Shown one piece after another: positions 34,028-47,050 of a stretch of DNA of 64,000 bases. The stretch is from Octopus sinensis (taxonomy: Eukaryota), in assembly GCF_006345805.1 (NCBI RefSeq), contig NC_043018.1:24614001-24678000 (forward strand). The letters are read 5' to 3'. Below the pieces are notes generated by a model. The model was given only the letters and a program-made list of their open reading frames with translations, did no database searches and had not been told where the DNA came from. How positions within the stretch are numbered: position 1 is the first letter of the stretch; the number at the start of each line of letters is the position of its first letter. The translations under genes and the position numbers were made by a program.

Positions 34028-34802
34028 GGTATGAAGAGTTAGTGCTTGTTGCTAGGCTTGTGTTGTTAACAACGTGTCTGGACTGTTGGAGTGGAAGAGA
34101 TAGTGTTGTTTAGGACGGTGTTGTACTTGATGTGTCTGGAATGAGAGAGAGAGAGATAGAGAGTTAAGGTGGCTTTAGCAGTAGTAATGTGACTGAGTCT
34201 GAACTATGGGGAGAGATAAGTCTTGTTAACGTGATGTAGATATCTGGTCCGTGACTGTAGAGAGAGAGAGAGAACGTGTTGTTAGGGTGGATGTGTTGTC
34301 GCCAGTAGCATGCACTGGGATTAAATACAGGGATATGCGATAGTGTTGTTGTCGGGAGAAAGCTAAAATCTGACAATTGTGTACACTTGATATATAAATA
34401 TCTTTTACTGAATGAATGAACGACCGAAATAAAGAGAAATAATTTACGTTGAAGAATGGCGGGGTGGGGGGGGCGTTAAGGAAAGCTCTCGATTGCACGG
34501 ATTGTCAATTTAGGTAGTTTATTTTTTTTTCTATTTGGTTTTCTTTTAAATATTTTTTATTTTTAATTGATATTGATTGTTAAATTAACTTGGTTAGCAT
34601 CTATTGTTCTCTCTTTCTCTTCTTTCACATCCCCCCCTCTCTCTCTCTCTTGTCTAACGATATCTTATACCGGAGTGAATGTATCCGATTTTATTACATG
34701 AACTCACTATAACACATGCATGCTCTTCTCTACACACACACACACACATACACACGCACTAGTGTATATACATGCGCGCACACTTCTGTACACATGCACG
34801 CG

Positions 34803-34920
34803 CACGCATTTCAGCGCTCACGCATTTCAGCGCTCACGCATTTCAGCGCTCACGCATTCCAGCGCTTACGCATTCCAGCGCTCACGCATTTCAGCGCTCA
34901 CGCATTTCAGCGCTCACGCA
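34803..34920. repeat. 16-bp minisatellite, about 7 copies (CACGCATTTCAGCGCT)
   Basis: Direct reading. Confidence 0.95.
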
Positions 34921-35099
34921 CTTAAGTACCTGCGCGCGCGCACACATACACGCACGCACTCACATACACACAGACACATGCTCTGACTTAACACAAACGC
35001 TCTATCTTCATACATGCACGCACGCATTTCAACCCACACATATGCACGCACTCCTACATGCATACACACTTTTGGTTATGTGCTTACTAACGTGAACAG

Positions 35100-35523
35100 C
35101 CGAATGGCTCCAGACTTTTGTGTTTCTTAATTAACAATGTACTAAACAGCGCATATTAAGAATCTTTGTATGAAATTCTCGGATTACCCTCTCTTATTCA
35201 CCTGCTTCACTTCGTGTAGTTTACCATTTACTCCATTACTCTGATGCAAAAATATACGCGCTAAATCCTCTCCAAAGAAAAACCCCCGACTCTCACCCGT
35301 TACTAAGCAAAACGATAATGCTCTCGGTCTATCGAGCAATAAATAGTTGGGATATGGTTACGCGGGAGAACTGGAAACAAAGGGTACCGTTTGAATGAAC
35401 GATGAAACACTGAGGCTTTTGTTTACAGAGAGTTGTAAACGTGCCAAGACTTGTCAAGAAGTTTGGACGTGCTTTTCACAGTGGACCGCAGGCAAATAAC
35501 ACCGACTGTTATGAACGGTGAGG
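35100..35523 (+). promoter_or_regulatory. Candidate promoter / first exon ending ATGAACG|GTGAGG
   Basis: Unique CpG-containing sequence, strong donor at 35518, two TGTTTAC motifs, immediately upstream of the CpG-decayed domain. Confidence 0.35.
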
Positions 35524-35574
35524 TTTTTGTTTACAGTCGATGAACGCACCTGAAAACAAGGGGAGTACAATCTC

Positions 35575-35628
<54 letters not shown>

Positions 35629-37340
35629 CAGCTTCAGTTTCTACCACTTTCACTCACAAGCTATTGGTCAATTGAATGAAGGCTTTAGCAGAAGGCACCA
35701 GCTGACCCCAGAGGGACCGAACATAGTTATGTGGTTTTGAAAGAACTTCTTAATCACAATATCATGCGTGTGTGTAATATGGATCTGCTCAGCTCTACAC
35801 GTGATGGCATTTCTGGGACCACTCCCCTGCGGTAACCCCATTAAGCAAGAGCGTGAGGCAAAGAAATAAGCAAGCATATATATGTGTGTGTGGTTCACCA
35901 TTTCAGTGGAATAATAATTTCTAGATATGTTATGACAACTCTGTTCCACTTATTGGTCAGTAAAGTAATGTGTAATGTTTGTTTACAACCATCATGTAAT
36001 GTCAAGTGAACGTACGCACACACACACACACACACACAAGAGGCTTCCTGCAGATTCTGTCTACCAAATCAACTCGCAAGGTTTTGGATGGTTCCAGCGT
36101 TGTAGTCAAAGACACTTGCCCAAGGTGCTGCACAGTGGGACTGAAACCACAATCAAATGATTTGGAAGCAAGCCTCTTGACCACTGATCCACACCTATAT
36201 TAATAGTTAAAAATGTTGGCAAATGCAGTAATTGGTCTAGGCCCTTGGTGAGGCCATTTTAATAATGTGGAACCCTAGAAAAGTAACAAACTCAGCATAT
36301 ATTATTAGCATTGGACACCAAAACCCTGCAAGCCCTCTCAGTAACTGCCCTCTGTTAGGAGCCCTAAAATTCATGAGGTTTGAGTTGAACCCACTCTTTA
36401 TTGTGTATAAAGTGTCTGAGATTACAACTGTACCCACTGGCTGGGACGCCAGTCCATCGCAGGGTTAACTCCCCAACTATTGATGGAACTCATTTACAGC
36501 TGTGTGGACTGGAGGAATGTGAAATGAAGCGTTTTGCTCAACACCACAACGCGTCACCTCATCTGGTATTCAAAACCATGATCTTGCAGTCATGAGTGCA
36601 ACGCCCTGACCACTCGGCCACACATACCTTTTCCTACTGCCCTGTGCACCCCTGCATTAAGATACTTCTGGCTCTTGGTGTTTTTCATGTGTGCTTCGAG
36701 GCTTTTTCAAAATCTGATTTACCTTATTGCTTTCCTGGTACTTAATCGGTCTTAGCATCTTGACCATGGCGTACCTTGGAATATAGTGGTGATAACTGGA
36801 GTATCCTGCTGTGATTTCTGGCATATGTCATGTTTGCGTTTTACTTTCTGTATCCTTGAGTGGATTTTGGTGACCCACTTATGGAAATGTGTTGCAAATA
36901 AACTTATAAAAGTCTCTGGGTGTAGCTTTGTTGTGGTGCTTATTAGTTTACATGCCATTACAGCTGTTGGTATTACTAATTACTTCCTATTGTAGTTTAC
37001 TCTTTGTTTTTCCACTTTGATGCAAAGGTTTGCCAGTTTACCCTTTACACTAATCTTTTTCTTCTTTTTCCTCCAATAATGATAATAATAATAATCCTTT
37101 CTGTTATCGGCACAAGACCTGAAATTTAGGAGAAGGGAAGTTGTCGATTATCCCCACCCCCACCCCGTATTCAGCTGATACTTATTTTATCAACCCTGAA
37201 AGGGATAAAAGGCAAAGTTGAGCCCGGTGGCATTTGAACTCAGAACATAAAACCAGATGAAATACTGCTAAGCATTCTTCCTGGTGTGCTAACGACTCTG
37301 CCAGCTCACCACCCTCTCCAATAATAATAATAATAATAAT

Positions 37341-37580
37341 CATCATCATCATCATGGCTCGGCTTCGCGAACGAAGATAAGGAAGGCTGTCCACGTCGTG
37401 TGCATGCACGCTCATGACTGGCAAATCCGATATGGGAAAGGCAGGTCCGTGAGCAGTGTCCACAGACGAAGGTAACATCCGGTGTGGTGTTAGAGACGGC
37501 TCGCGCCTTCCTCCTGCGTCTCTTGTCTTTAAGTGCGTCTCTTCTTTGTTCCTCAGACTTGCTGACTGCATTGAAGATCA
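37341..37580 (-). mobile_element. 5'-truncated RTE (BovB-like) LINE 3' end with (GAT)n tail and ~41-bp TSD
   Basis: FVCGHCSRTCLSHIGFASHERAC zinc-finger-like C-terminus; TCTGCCAGCTCACCACCCTCTCCA(ATA)n at 37297-37337 and 37581-37621. Confidence 0.85.
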
Positions 37581-38121
37581 TCTGCCAGCTCACCACCCTC
37601 TCCAATAATAATAATAATAATGCCCCTTTCTGCTAAAGGCTAAAACCCTGAAATTTTGAGGTGGCGGTGGGGAAGTGGGGATAGTCAATTAAATCTCCCC
37701 CTACCACCAGTGAATGACTGGTACTTATTTCATCGACTCCTGAAAGGATGAAAGCCAAAGTCAGTCACAGCAGAATTTGACTTAATGTTCTGACGTTCCG
37801 GGTTCACATTCCACTCTTTGTCCTATTTTGGAGTTGATAAAACAAGTACCTGTGAAGTATGATGGATGGGGGGGGGGGCAATGTAATCAGCCGGCCCACC
37901 TTCTTCTCCCTCATAACTGACAGAGTGCCAGTTTCAAAGAATGGCAAGCTGGCAGGATTCCTTAGCATGCTGGGCAAAATGCTCTGCAGTATTTTGTCTG
38001 TCTTTACATTCTGAGTTCAAAATCTGCCAAGGTCTACCTTGCGTTTTTCATCCTTAGTACCAGTTGAGTACTGAGGTTAATGCAATCGACTACTCACCCT
38101 TAAAGGCACCCCCGCCTTTAA

Positions 38122-38343
38122 CCCTTTAGCATTTAAACCGGCCATATCCGGCCAAAAGTATTCTGCCTGTTTTAAGTTCAAACTGGCCAGATCTGGTCTC
38201 TCACACCAACCCTACAATATTGTTTTAAAAATTAACAGCTACCTCATCAAAATCTCATAGCTACAAGATTAATGAATGATTAGTTCAAAACAATGTGGGT
38301 AAAAAAGGATTAATTTTGGCAGAATAATGCGAACACTAAAGGG
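38122..38343. mobile_element. piggyBac-like MITE
   Basis: TTAA-CCCTTTAG ... CTAAAGGG-TTAA. Confidence 0.8.
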
Positions 38344-38836
38344 TTAAAGGCAAAAAACTAAAAAAAAAATTTTCAGGCGTTGTGCCTGTTGTAGAAAGAA
38401 TTTAGTATTTGTTTTTGTTTTTTGCTTTGGAGATCTGCCTGTCCAAAAAGTAGCAGTAGTAAATCAGATTGGTGGGACCTGTGTGGTGGAGGCAGGGGGG
38501 GGGGGTGCATAAGTTGGAGCAGATGTGAAGAAGACAATAGGAAATATAGAAATGTCGGATTAAAAACACAAAAGGACAGATGTTACGATCATTTTTTTTT
38601 TTTTTTTAACTCTTAAGTAACCTGGAAGATTTAAAGAAGCTAAGTGGAATCCACAAGCGAAAGGCAGTGGTGTTGGCGATAGTAGTGCGGGTTATCATGG
38701 CTGCTGCTACTGGAGATGGTGATGTTGGTAGTAAAGGTAGTGGCAATTGTGGTATTCGTTGCAGTGGCGGTGGTATTAGTGGTAAAGGTGGACATCAAAA
38801 CTGTTGGTGGTCATTGTTGTCGTCGTCGTCGTCGTT

Positions 38837-38877
<41 letters not shown>

Positions 38878-38934
38878 TGTGATGGTGGTGACATCTGTGA
38901 AACTTGTGATGAGTTGTTAAACTTCATGGCTTAC

Positions 38935-39310
38935 TTTTCTCTTCTTTGCTTTCACTTGTCTCACTCGTTTAATTGTGGCCATGCTGGAGCACCACCTTGA
39001 CTTTTTTTTAAAGCCTAGTACTTATTCTATCGGTCTCTTTAGCTAAACTGCTAAGTTATGGGGGTGTAAATACACCAACACCAGTCATCAAGTGGTGATG
39101 GGGGTCAAATGTGCATGTGCACACACACACACACACACACACACTCACATGATGGACTTCTTTTAGTTTCCGTCTACCAGATCCACTCACAAGGCTTTGA
39201 TCAGCCTGAGGCTATAGTAGAAGACACTTGCCCAAGGTGCCATGCAGTGGGACAGAACCAGGAACCATGTGGTTGGGAAGCAAGCTTCTTACCACACAGC
39301 CACACCTGTG
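38935..39310 (-). mobile_element. SINE family B, CpG-decayed
   Basis: Family homology. Confidence 0.8.
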
Positions 39311-39829
39311 CCTGGCTGTTAGTTACTTCTTTTTCTTTTCTGATTGAGGTTAAAATAAATAATTGATAGATGAGTCATCATCTTGTATGAAATCAGATAT
39401 AGGTGTGTGTGGAATGGGTATATGTGTAGAGGGGTACGTGTATGGAAGGGTACGTGTGTGTACACGTGTGTGACGTACACATTTCAATACATGTGATGTT
39501 TGTGTGTGTGTGTGTTTGTATGTGATATGTAAGTATGGTTGTGTGACCATGTATGAAGGTGTGTGTGTGTGTGGTAATTGTTGTAAGTATGGGGGCTGGA
39601 TATATGTATATGTATGTACATAATGGTGTTTAATATGTGCAGTATGTATATGCGATCTGTAAAGGTGTGTGTGTACGTGCAGAAACCAAAAAGTAAAGAT
39701 ATAACCAAGGAGAAAGAACCAAAGGAGCCATTGTGACATTCAGAATTTCTTTTTTCATAGAAAACCTGTTTTAAGAAACCCTTCTCTATACACATACACG
39801 TACATATTTATCTATACACAGATTACACA

Positions 39830-40135
39830 TTATCATCATCGTTTAGCGTCCGCTTTCCATGCTAGCATGGGTTGGACGGTTCAACTGGGGTCTGGGAAGC
39901 CAGGAGGCTGCACCAGGCCCAGTCTGATCTGGCAGTGTTTCTACGGCTGGATGCCCTTCCTAACGCCAACCACTCCGTGAGTGTAGTGGGTGCTTTCTAC
40001 GTGCCATCGGCACCAGCACAGGTGCCAGACGAGGCTGGCAAACAGCCACGATCGGATGGTGCTTTGTACGTGCCACTGGCACGGGGGCCTGGCGAGGCTG
40101 GAAACGGCCACGATCGGATGGTACTTTTTATGTGC
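39830..40135 (-). mobile_element. Family E RTE-related element with internal ~60-bp subrepeats
   Basis: Family homology; CACGATCGGATGGT repeated. Confidence 0.8.
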
Positions 40136-40552
40136 CAATATATATATCTGTGGACATATGTATGTATGTATACCACATGTATGTATGTGTGTGATATATA
40201 GGCACAGTCTTGGCTGTGTGGTAAGAAGCTTACTTCTCAACCACATGGTTCCAGGTTCAGTACCACTGCAGTTACCTTGGGCAAGTGTCTTTTACTATAG
40301 CCCTTCAGACCGACCGAACCCTTATTAGTGAATATGGTAGATGGAAACTGAAAGAAGCCTGTCATATATTGCGTTTTACCCTCTAGCCGATAACTGATCA
40401 GAATTTGGTGGCGCTCTGTCTGTTTCCCATTTGTTTTTGTATTTATCGTGTTTTTAATTTATAGACTTGTTATTTCTCCTTTCATTCTCTTATTTCCCTC
40501 TATATTCCCTATCGTTTCCACAATAATTCAAACTCAAATATTTTCTCATACT

Positions 40553-40590
40553 GTCTCTGATGAAGGGATATTCAGAAACAACTGTAAGAC
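40553..40590 (+). ncRNA. Minimal type I hammerhead motif within a Penelope-like fragment (about 40405-40655)
   Basis: GTCT-CTGATGA-AGGGATATTCA-GAAAC-AACT-GTA^AGAC; stem I GTCT/AGAC, intact core, weak stem II. Confidence 0.5.
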
Positions 40591-40653
40591 TATTCCATTA
40601 TAAATGTCCTGAAAACTTCTCACGGCTTTGGATTTGTTATCTCATTCTGTCTA

Positions 40654-40688
<35 letters not shown>

Positions 40689-41244
40689 TGTATGCATATA
40701 TATCCGTGTGTGTCTTTGTGAATGTGCGTATGTGGTATTTATGTATGTGTACACATTTGTGATGTATGTGTCAATGCCTGTCATATTTATGTGTGTTATG
40801 GAAAGTGGGCGTTAAACAATGATAATGATGATGGTTGTGTGTCAATGTGTGAAGGTGTGTCTGTGTGAGATGTATGCATGACTGTGTAAAGGTGTGTATG
40901 TGGTATGTGTTTGTAAGTATGGGTGCAGGATATATGTTTCTGTGTGTGTGGGATATGTACGTACATAATGGTATTTAATATATTGGTATGTATAGGTGTG
41001 TGCATGCAGAAACCAAAAGGTAAAGAGACAGGTATAAAAGGAGCCATTGTGACCAAGGCAATGAATAGAGGACGCACTCTGTTACCATGACAAAATGAAA
41101 ACCAAAAGACACAGCAATGGCAAAAGGTCACTTCACCAAAACAAAGAGTATAGAAATCCAAAGTGATGGTCTTTTTATACAAATCTGGTGAGGTGGGGTG
41201 AATGCTGTTGATTTTTATTTTCCTTTTTTTTTATAGCTCTTTTC

Positions 41245-41601
41245 TCTTATTTTTTCAGTCATTTGACTGCAGCCATTCTGGAGCACCGTCTGCAGTTGAA
41301 CAAATTAATCCCAGGGCCTTTTCTTTGTAAACCTAGTACTTATTCTATTGGTCTGTTTTGCTGAACCACTTTGTTACAGAGATGTAAACAAATTATGGTG
41401 GGAGGACAAATGCACACACACACATACACACACACACACAACAGACTTCTTTCAGTTTCTGTCTACCAAATCCACCCACAAGGCTTTGGTTAGCCTGAAG
41501 CTATAGAAGACACTTGTCCAAGGTGTCATAGTGGGACTGAACTAGTCACCATGTGATTAGTAAGCAAGCTACTTACCACACAGCCACTCCTGTGCCTATA
41601 G

Positions 41602-41638
<37 letters not shown>

Positions 41639-42040
41639 TTGTAGAGGTATTTTGGGATCAAGTTTGATACAGAGTTATAGTCTTAATGTTTGCCTTTTAC
41701 TTGTATCAGTCATTAGATGGTGGCCATGTTGGAGCACCACCTTGAAGGATTTTAATCAAATGAATTGAGCTCAGTACATTTTGTTTTTCTTTTAACGCTT
41801 GGTACTTGCTTTATTGGTCTGTTATGCTGAATTCTTAAGTTGTAGGGATGTAAACCCACCAACACTGGTTGTCAAGTGGTGGTTAGACACAACACGCAAA
41901 TATATAATAGGCTTCTTTCAGTTTCCGTCTACCAAATCCATTCACAAGGCCTGAAGCTATAGTAGAAGACACTTGTCGAAGTGGGACTGAACCCAGAACC
42001 ATGTGGTTGGAAAGCAAACTTCTTACCTCACAGCTATGCC
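41245..42040 (-). mobile_element. Two successive CpG-decayed family B SINEs
   Basis: Family homology. Confidence 0.75.
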
Positions 42041-42340
42041 TTTGATGTAAACACACCAACACCAATTTTATATATATATATAGATATATATATATAGATA
42101 TATATATATATATCTATATATATATATATATATATATATCATCATTATCATCATTTAACGTCCGCTTTCCATGCAAGCATGGGTTGGATGATTTGACTGA
42201 GGACTGATGAACCAGATGGCTGCACCAGGCTCCAATCTGATCTGGCAGAGTTTCTACAGCTGGATGCCCTTCCTGACGCCAACCACTCTGAGAGTGTAGT
42301 GGGTGCCAGTCAGGCAGTACTGGCAATGACCATATATATA

Positions 42341-42373
<33 letters not shown>

Positions 42374-43139
42374 ATAGCTAAAAAAAACAAAAAACATAAG
42401 AAGAAAACAACAAGCCAAGGATGTGGTACATACATAGTATTAAGACGCTTAGGAAAGGAAACAAAGGGTGTATTATGTTACAAGAAGACGGAGGAAAGTC
42501 CAAAAGAAAAGGAAAACAGGGGGGGAAAAATTGCCAACAGTCCACGTGCTTGCATTTTGGAATATATGTATATATATATGTATATGTGTGGGGGGTCTGT
42601 GGTATCATAGAGGCCTCAGTAGACTGGTGGCATGGAAAATAATATTCACTACATGCTGGAAAGCAGTTGGCATTTGGAAGGACATCCAGGGAACACAATG
42701 CCATCCTTGGAGCCATTGGATCCTCTCAGGCTGTTCAAGACATGTAACAAGTACTTTAAGCGACAAGAATGGTGACAGCTGTTACTTAAAGCTTACTTAA
42801 ATGTGCTCTTAAAAATGATTTATCACACGTACACACGCACGTATACACATATACATACACACAATGTGATGGTGTGAATGTTTCAGTGGAGGGTGGGCAT
42901 GGTGGGAACAATCTCACTGAAAGTGTCAAAACACGAAAATAAATAACTTTGTTTTGTACTCAGGTGGACTCTGGCATTTCCACTTCTTCAATCAATAAAA
43001 CAGAAATAGAAGTCAAATACTGAAGGTGTCAATATAACCCCCCTCCCTACTCCACCCCACCACCCTCGATCACCTCCAAATGTGAGTCATCATACCTGTT
43101 AACGCGACTTTATATCAAACATCATTTATACATTATTAT

Positions 43140-43667
43140 CATTACCTCCGCCTTAACGAAGGCAGAGCTATTGTTTACAGTTGTTTGTTTGTCTGTGGAC
43201 AAGATATCTGAAGAACTGCTACATGGATTTGGTTGAAACTTTCAGAGATGTTTGGCCTCATGACTGGCACGAGCTGATTAGATTTTGGGAGCGATCCAGT
43301 ACCAGACAAGGATTCTGGATTATTTTTCCTGTTTTTTTTTTTTTACATAATTTTTGAGAGCGGTTGGTTTCATTTTTAGTATTTTCATTTGTAAGAACAA
43401 TCAAATATATTTCGGATATTCTCATTTTAAAAATTATCTCCAGCTAATCGTTTAGAGGACATTGGTTTCGCCTTGGTGGAGGTTTGCACTGTCTGAACAC
43501 ATACATATATATAACCGAAGAGATGGTGTTGTGGATTTCCACTTCGGCATCTGAAACTCAGAGTTTTATCTTGACTACCGAGTAATGTAACATATTGTAT
43601 AGATAAATTTCCTCTATTTACATAATATTGAGGTCTCTTTCTTTCTTTTGTTATCTTACCGTTTTAT

Positions 43668-43708
<41 letters not shown>

Positions 43709-43945
43709 AGGCTTCTTTCAGTTTCCGTCTACCAAATCCACTCACAAGGCTTTGGTCAGCCCGAGGCTATAGCAGAAGACACTTGCCCAAGATGCCACGC
43801 AGTGGGACTGAACCCAGAACTATGTGGTTGGTAAGCAAGCTACTTACCACACAGCCACTCCTGCGCCTTTAAAAATCATCTTCAGCTAATCGTTTAGAGG
43901 ACATTGGTTTTGCCTTGGTGGCGGTTTGCACTGTCTGAATGCTCG
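43140..43945 (+). mobile_element. Helentron-like non-autonomous element (DINE-1/HINE architecture) interrupted by a SINE with a 72-bp duplication
   Basis: Subterminal inverted repeats ACCTCCGCC / GGTGGAGGT, internal hairpin, (GTTT/GTCT)n tract; duplicate at 43426-43497 and 43868-43939. Confidence 0.55.
43511..43569 (+). ncRNA. Variant hammerhead-like motif (U4C) with long stem II
   Basis: ATAA-CCGAAGA-GATG..GTGGA(TT)TCCAC..CATCT-GAAAC-TCAGA-GTT^TTAT; in (TA)n. Confidence 0.3.
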
Positions 43946-44049
43946 TTATCATTATTTATTATTAATAAGGTAGTGAGCAAATTTCAGGCCTTGTGCCTTT
44001 AGTAGAAAGGATTATTATTATTATTATTATTATTAATTTTATTATTTAG

Positions 44050-44830
44050 GAGGTGAGCTGGCGGAATCATTAGCACACCTGGTGAAATGCTTAGCAGTAT
44101 TTCACCTGTCACTACATTGAGTTTAAATTCCGCTGAGGTTGACTTTGCCATTTATCTTTTCGGAGTTGATAAAATAAGTACCAGCTGAACCCTGTGGGTC
44201 AATGTAATTGACTCATACCCTCCCCCAAAATGGCTAGCCTTGTAACAAAATTTTAAATTGTTATTATTATGATGTGACAAGCTGGCAGAATTGTTAACAT
44301 GCCAGGCAAAATGCTTAGAACATGAAAACAGATGAAATTCTGAGTTCAAATGCTGGCAAGGTCAACTTTGCCTTTCATCATTTTAGGGTCGATAAAATAA
44401 ATACCTATTTCTTTATTACCCACAAGGGGCTAAACATAGAGGGGACAAACAAGGACAGACATAGGTATTAAGTCAATTACATCGACCCTGGTGCGTAACT
44501 GGTACTTAATTTATCGACCCCGAAAGGATGAAAAGCAAAGTCGACCTCGGCAGAATTTGAACTCACAACGTAACGGTGAGTTCAGTTAGGGTCGATAAAA
44601 TAAATACCATTTGAAGAGTGGGGGGTCCACGTAATTCACTTAGCCCTCCTCCAAATTGTTGCCCTTGTGCCAAAATTTGAAGCCTTTATTATTATTATTA
44701 TTATTATTAAGCCAGCAAGCTGGCAGTATCATTAGTGCACCAGTCGAAATGCTCAGCAGTATTTTGCCTGTCACCATGTTCTGAGTTCAAATTCTGCTGA
44801 GGTTGACTTTGCTTTTCATCCTTTCAGGGC
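44050..44830. mobile_element. Cluster of family A SINEs with a minus copy (44406-44575) nested in a plus copy
   Basis: 22-bp TSD TAGGGTCGATAAAATAAATACC at 44384-44405 and 44587-44608. Confidence 0.8.
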
Positions 44831-45340
44831 TGATGTTTGTTGTGCACTCTGCTATCATTATTAGATTACTGTTATTCTGTGTGTCTGTGTGTAAAGATCA
44901 GTTGTAATTTCCAGGGTTGCTTTATTTTTACCCTTAACTTAGAAATGGAGAAAACCATAGTGCTAGGTATAAAAAAAAAAAAAGAGAGCCATTTGGGGCT
45001 AGAAATAAAGTGGGAAAATGTAAAATTCTTCGAGCAGGCTAGTGTTTTGTGCGAAATCTGTGATGAGCCGAGTGATGCTGATAACCTGGAGTCACTGAAA
45101 TCGTGCTGTATCTGAGAAAGTAAGAGTTCATGTTGCAGCACGAAGCTTTGTCAGTGAACAGATTACAGTTCCAAGGCTATGAAAATATTTTGACACAAAT
45201 GAAATTTAAATGTTGAAGTGAAACTATAATGGTTTTTGTGTGTTCTTGAATGGCTTACAAACACCTTCCATGCTGCAATTGTTTTTGTTTTTAGCACACA
45301 ATCTCAGATCAAGTCACTTGCTATGCAAGTACATCTCTGT

Positions 45341-45371
<31 letters not shown>

Positions 45372-45679
45372 CCTGATGTGGAAAGATAGATGAATGAGCA
45401 GAAAAACTGTAACTTTGGTGGATATGTTGTGGGGGGATGGAGTGTAGATTTTGTCTTTTTTTTAGTGTTTCTCTTGTTATTTAGTTCCTAGGTCAACCTT
45501 TATGGAGCAGTCAGCACCAGTTTCTTTAATCAGACAGTTTATCTATGATGACAGCACCCAAAGTAGTAGTAGTAGTAGTAGTAGTAGTGAGGGTGGTGGT
45601 GGTAGTTGAAACAGTGGTAATGACTGTGGAAGTGCTTTTGTGTTGAGTTGGGGTATGCAGAACTTGCTCTTGTAACTAT

Positions 45680-45840
45680 TGTATGTGTATGTGTGCTTTT
45701 ATTGTGTGTGTGTGTGTGTGCTTTTGTGTATGTGTGTGTCTGTGTTTTTATTGAGTGTGTGTGTGTATGTGCTTTTATTGAGTGTTTGTGCTTTGTCTGT
45801 GTATATATATGTGTGTGTGTGTGTGTGGTGTATATATATT

Positions 45841-45873
<33 letters not shown>

Positions 45874-45882
45874 ATATATATT

Positions 45883-45913
<31 letters not shown>

Positions 45914-46089
45914 ATATATATTTATATATATATGTGTGTGTGTGTGTGTGTATATATATTTATATATTATATATATATGTGTGTGTGTGTGTGTGTATAT
46001 ATATATTATATATATATATATATAGTGTGTGTGTGTGTGTGTGTATATATATTTATATATATATGTGTGTGTGTGTGTATATATATATT

Positions 46090-46122
<33 letters not shown>

Positions 46123-46130
46123 ATGTGTCT
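45680..46130. repeat. Compound (TG)n(TA)n array
   Basis: Direct reading. Confidence 0.95.
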
Positions 46131-46406
46131 GTATTAAATTCCATCAGATGAAAGAAAATATGGGTGTTTCACATTTTGTGGAAGGTCTTAGCTGATGCCT
46201 AGGCTTCGAAGGCCCCTCATTGCAGAATAAAAAGGTGTCTGATTTGGATGACCTTGTCATACACTTCACACCTTATTTCCCACCTCACAACATTTAAAAA
46301 AATATTTCAGGCATTCTTTTTTTTTTGTTCTGTTTTTCACACTTTTAATGACTCATTTGTTTTTTGTTTTTTTTTTACGTACATAGTGGAGTTGGTTAGA
46401 CAACAG

Positions 46407-46446
<40 letters not shown>

Positions 46447-46447
<1 letters not shown>

Positions 46448-46518
46448 TCTCTCTCATGCTCTCCTCTTTTGCACTCTCACTCTCTCACACTGTCTTGCTC
46501 TCTCATTCAATTTCCCAA

Positions 46519-46551
<33 letters not shown>

Positions 46552-47050
46552 TCATTCTCACTGTTTTGAACTTTGTCTCTCACTCTCTCCCTGACTTGCT
46601 CGCTCCTTTTTCTCTACCACTTTCTCTCCCTTTGTTCTGTCTCTCTCTCTCCTTTTTATTTTACTCTCTCACTTTTTCTCACCCTCTTCTCTCATTCACT
46701 CATTTTCTCCCTCTCTCACTCTCTCTCTTTTTCTCACATTCTCCCTCTATCACCCTCTCTCTTCTCTCATTCACTCCTTCATTCTCTCCCTCTCTCTTAT
46801 TGTCTCTCTCACTCTCTCCCTTTCTCTTTTTCACATTCTCCCTCTGTTACCATCTTTCCTCATTCAATTTCATTCTCTCCCTCTCTTTGTCTCTTATTCT
46901 GTCTCTCTCTCCCTTTCTCTTTTTCACAATCTCCCTCTATCATCCTTTCTCTTCTCATTCACTCTTTCATTCTCTCTTAATTCTCCCTCTATCACCCTCT
47001 CCTCTCATTCACGCTTTCCTTCTCTCCCTCACCTTCTCTCTCTCTCACAC
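46447..47050. repeat. (CT)-rich polypyrimidine tract
   Basis: Direct reading. Confidence 0.9.

Noticed and set aside
36752-36995. ORFs in a unique-looking segment
   Set aside because: No recognisable motif, no coherent splice-site pair
45130-45345. Possible variant hammerhead (TTTGTCA..GAAAATATTTTGACA)
   Set aside because: No CUGANGA core and stem II does not pair in this copy
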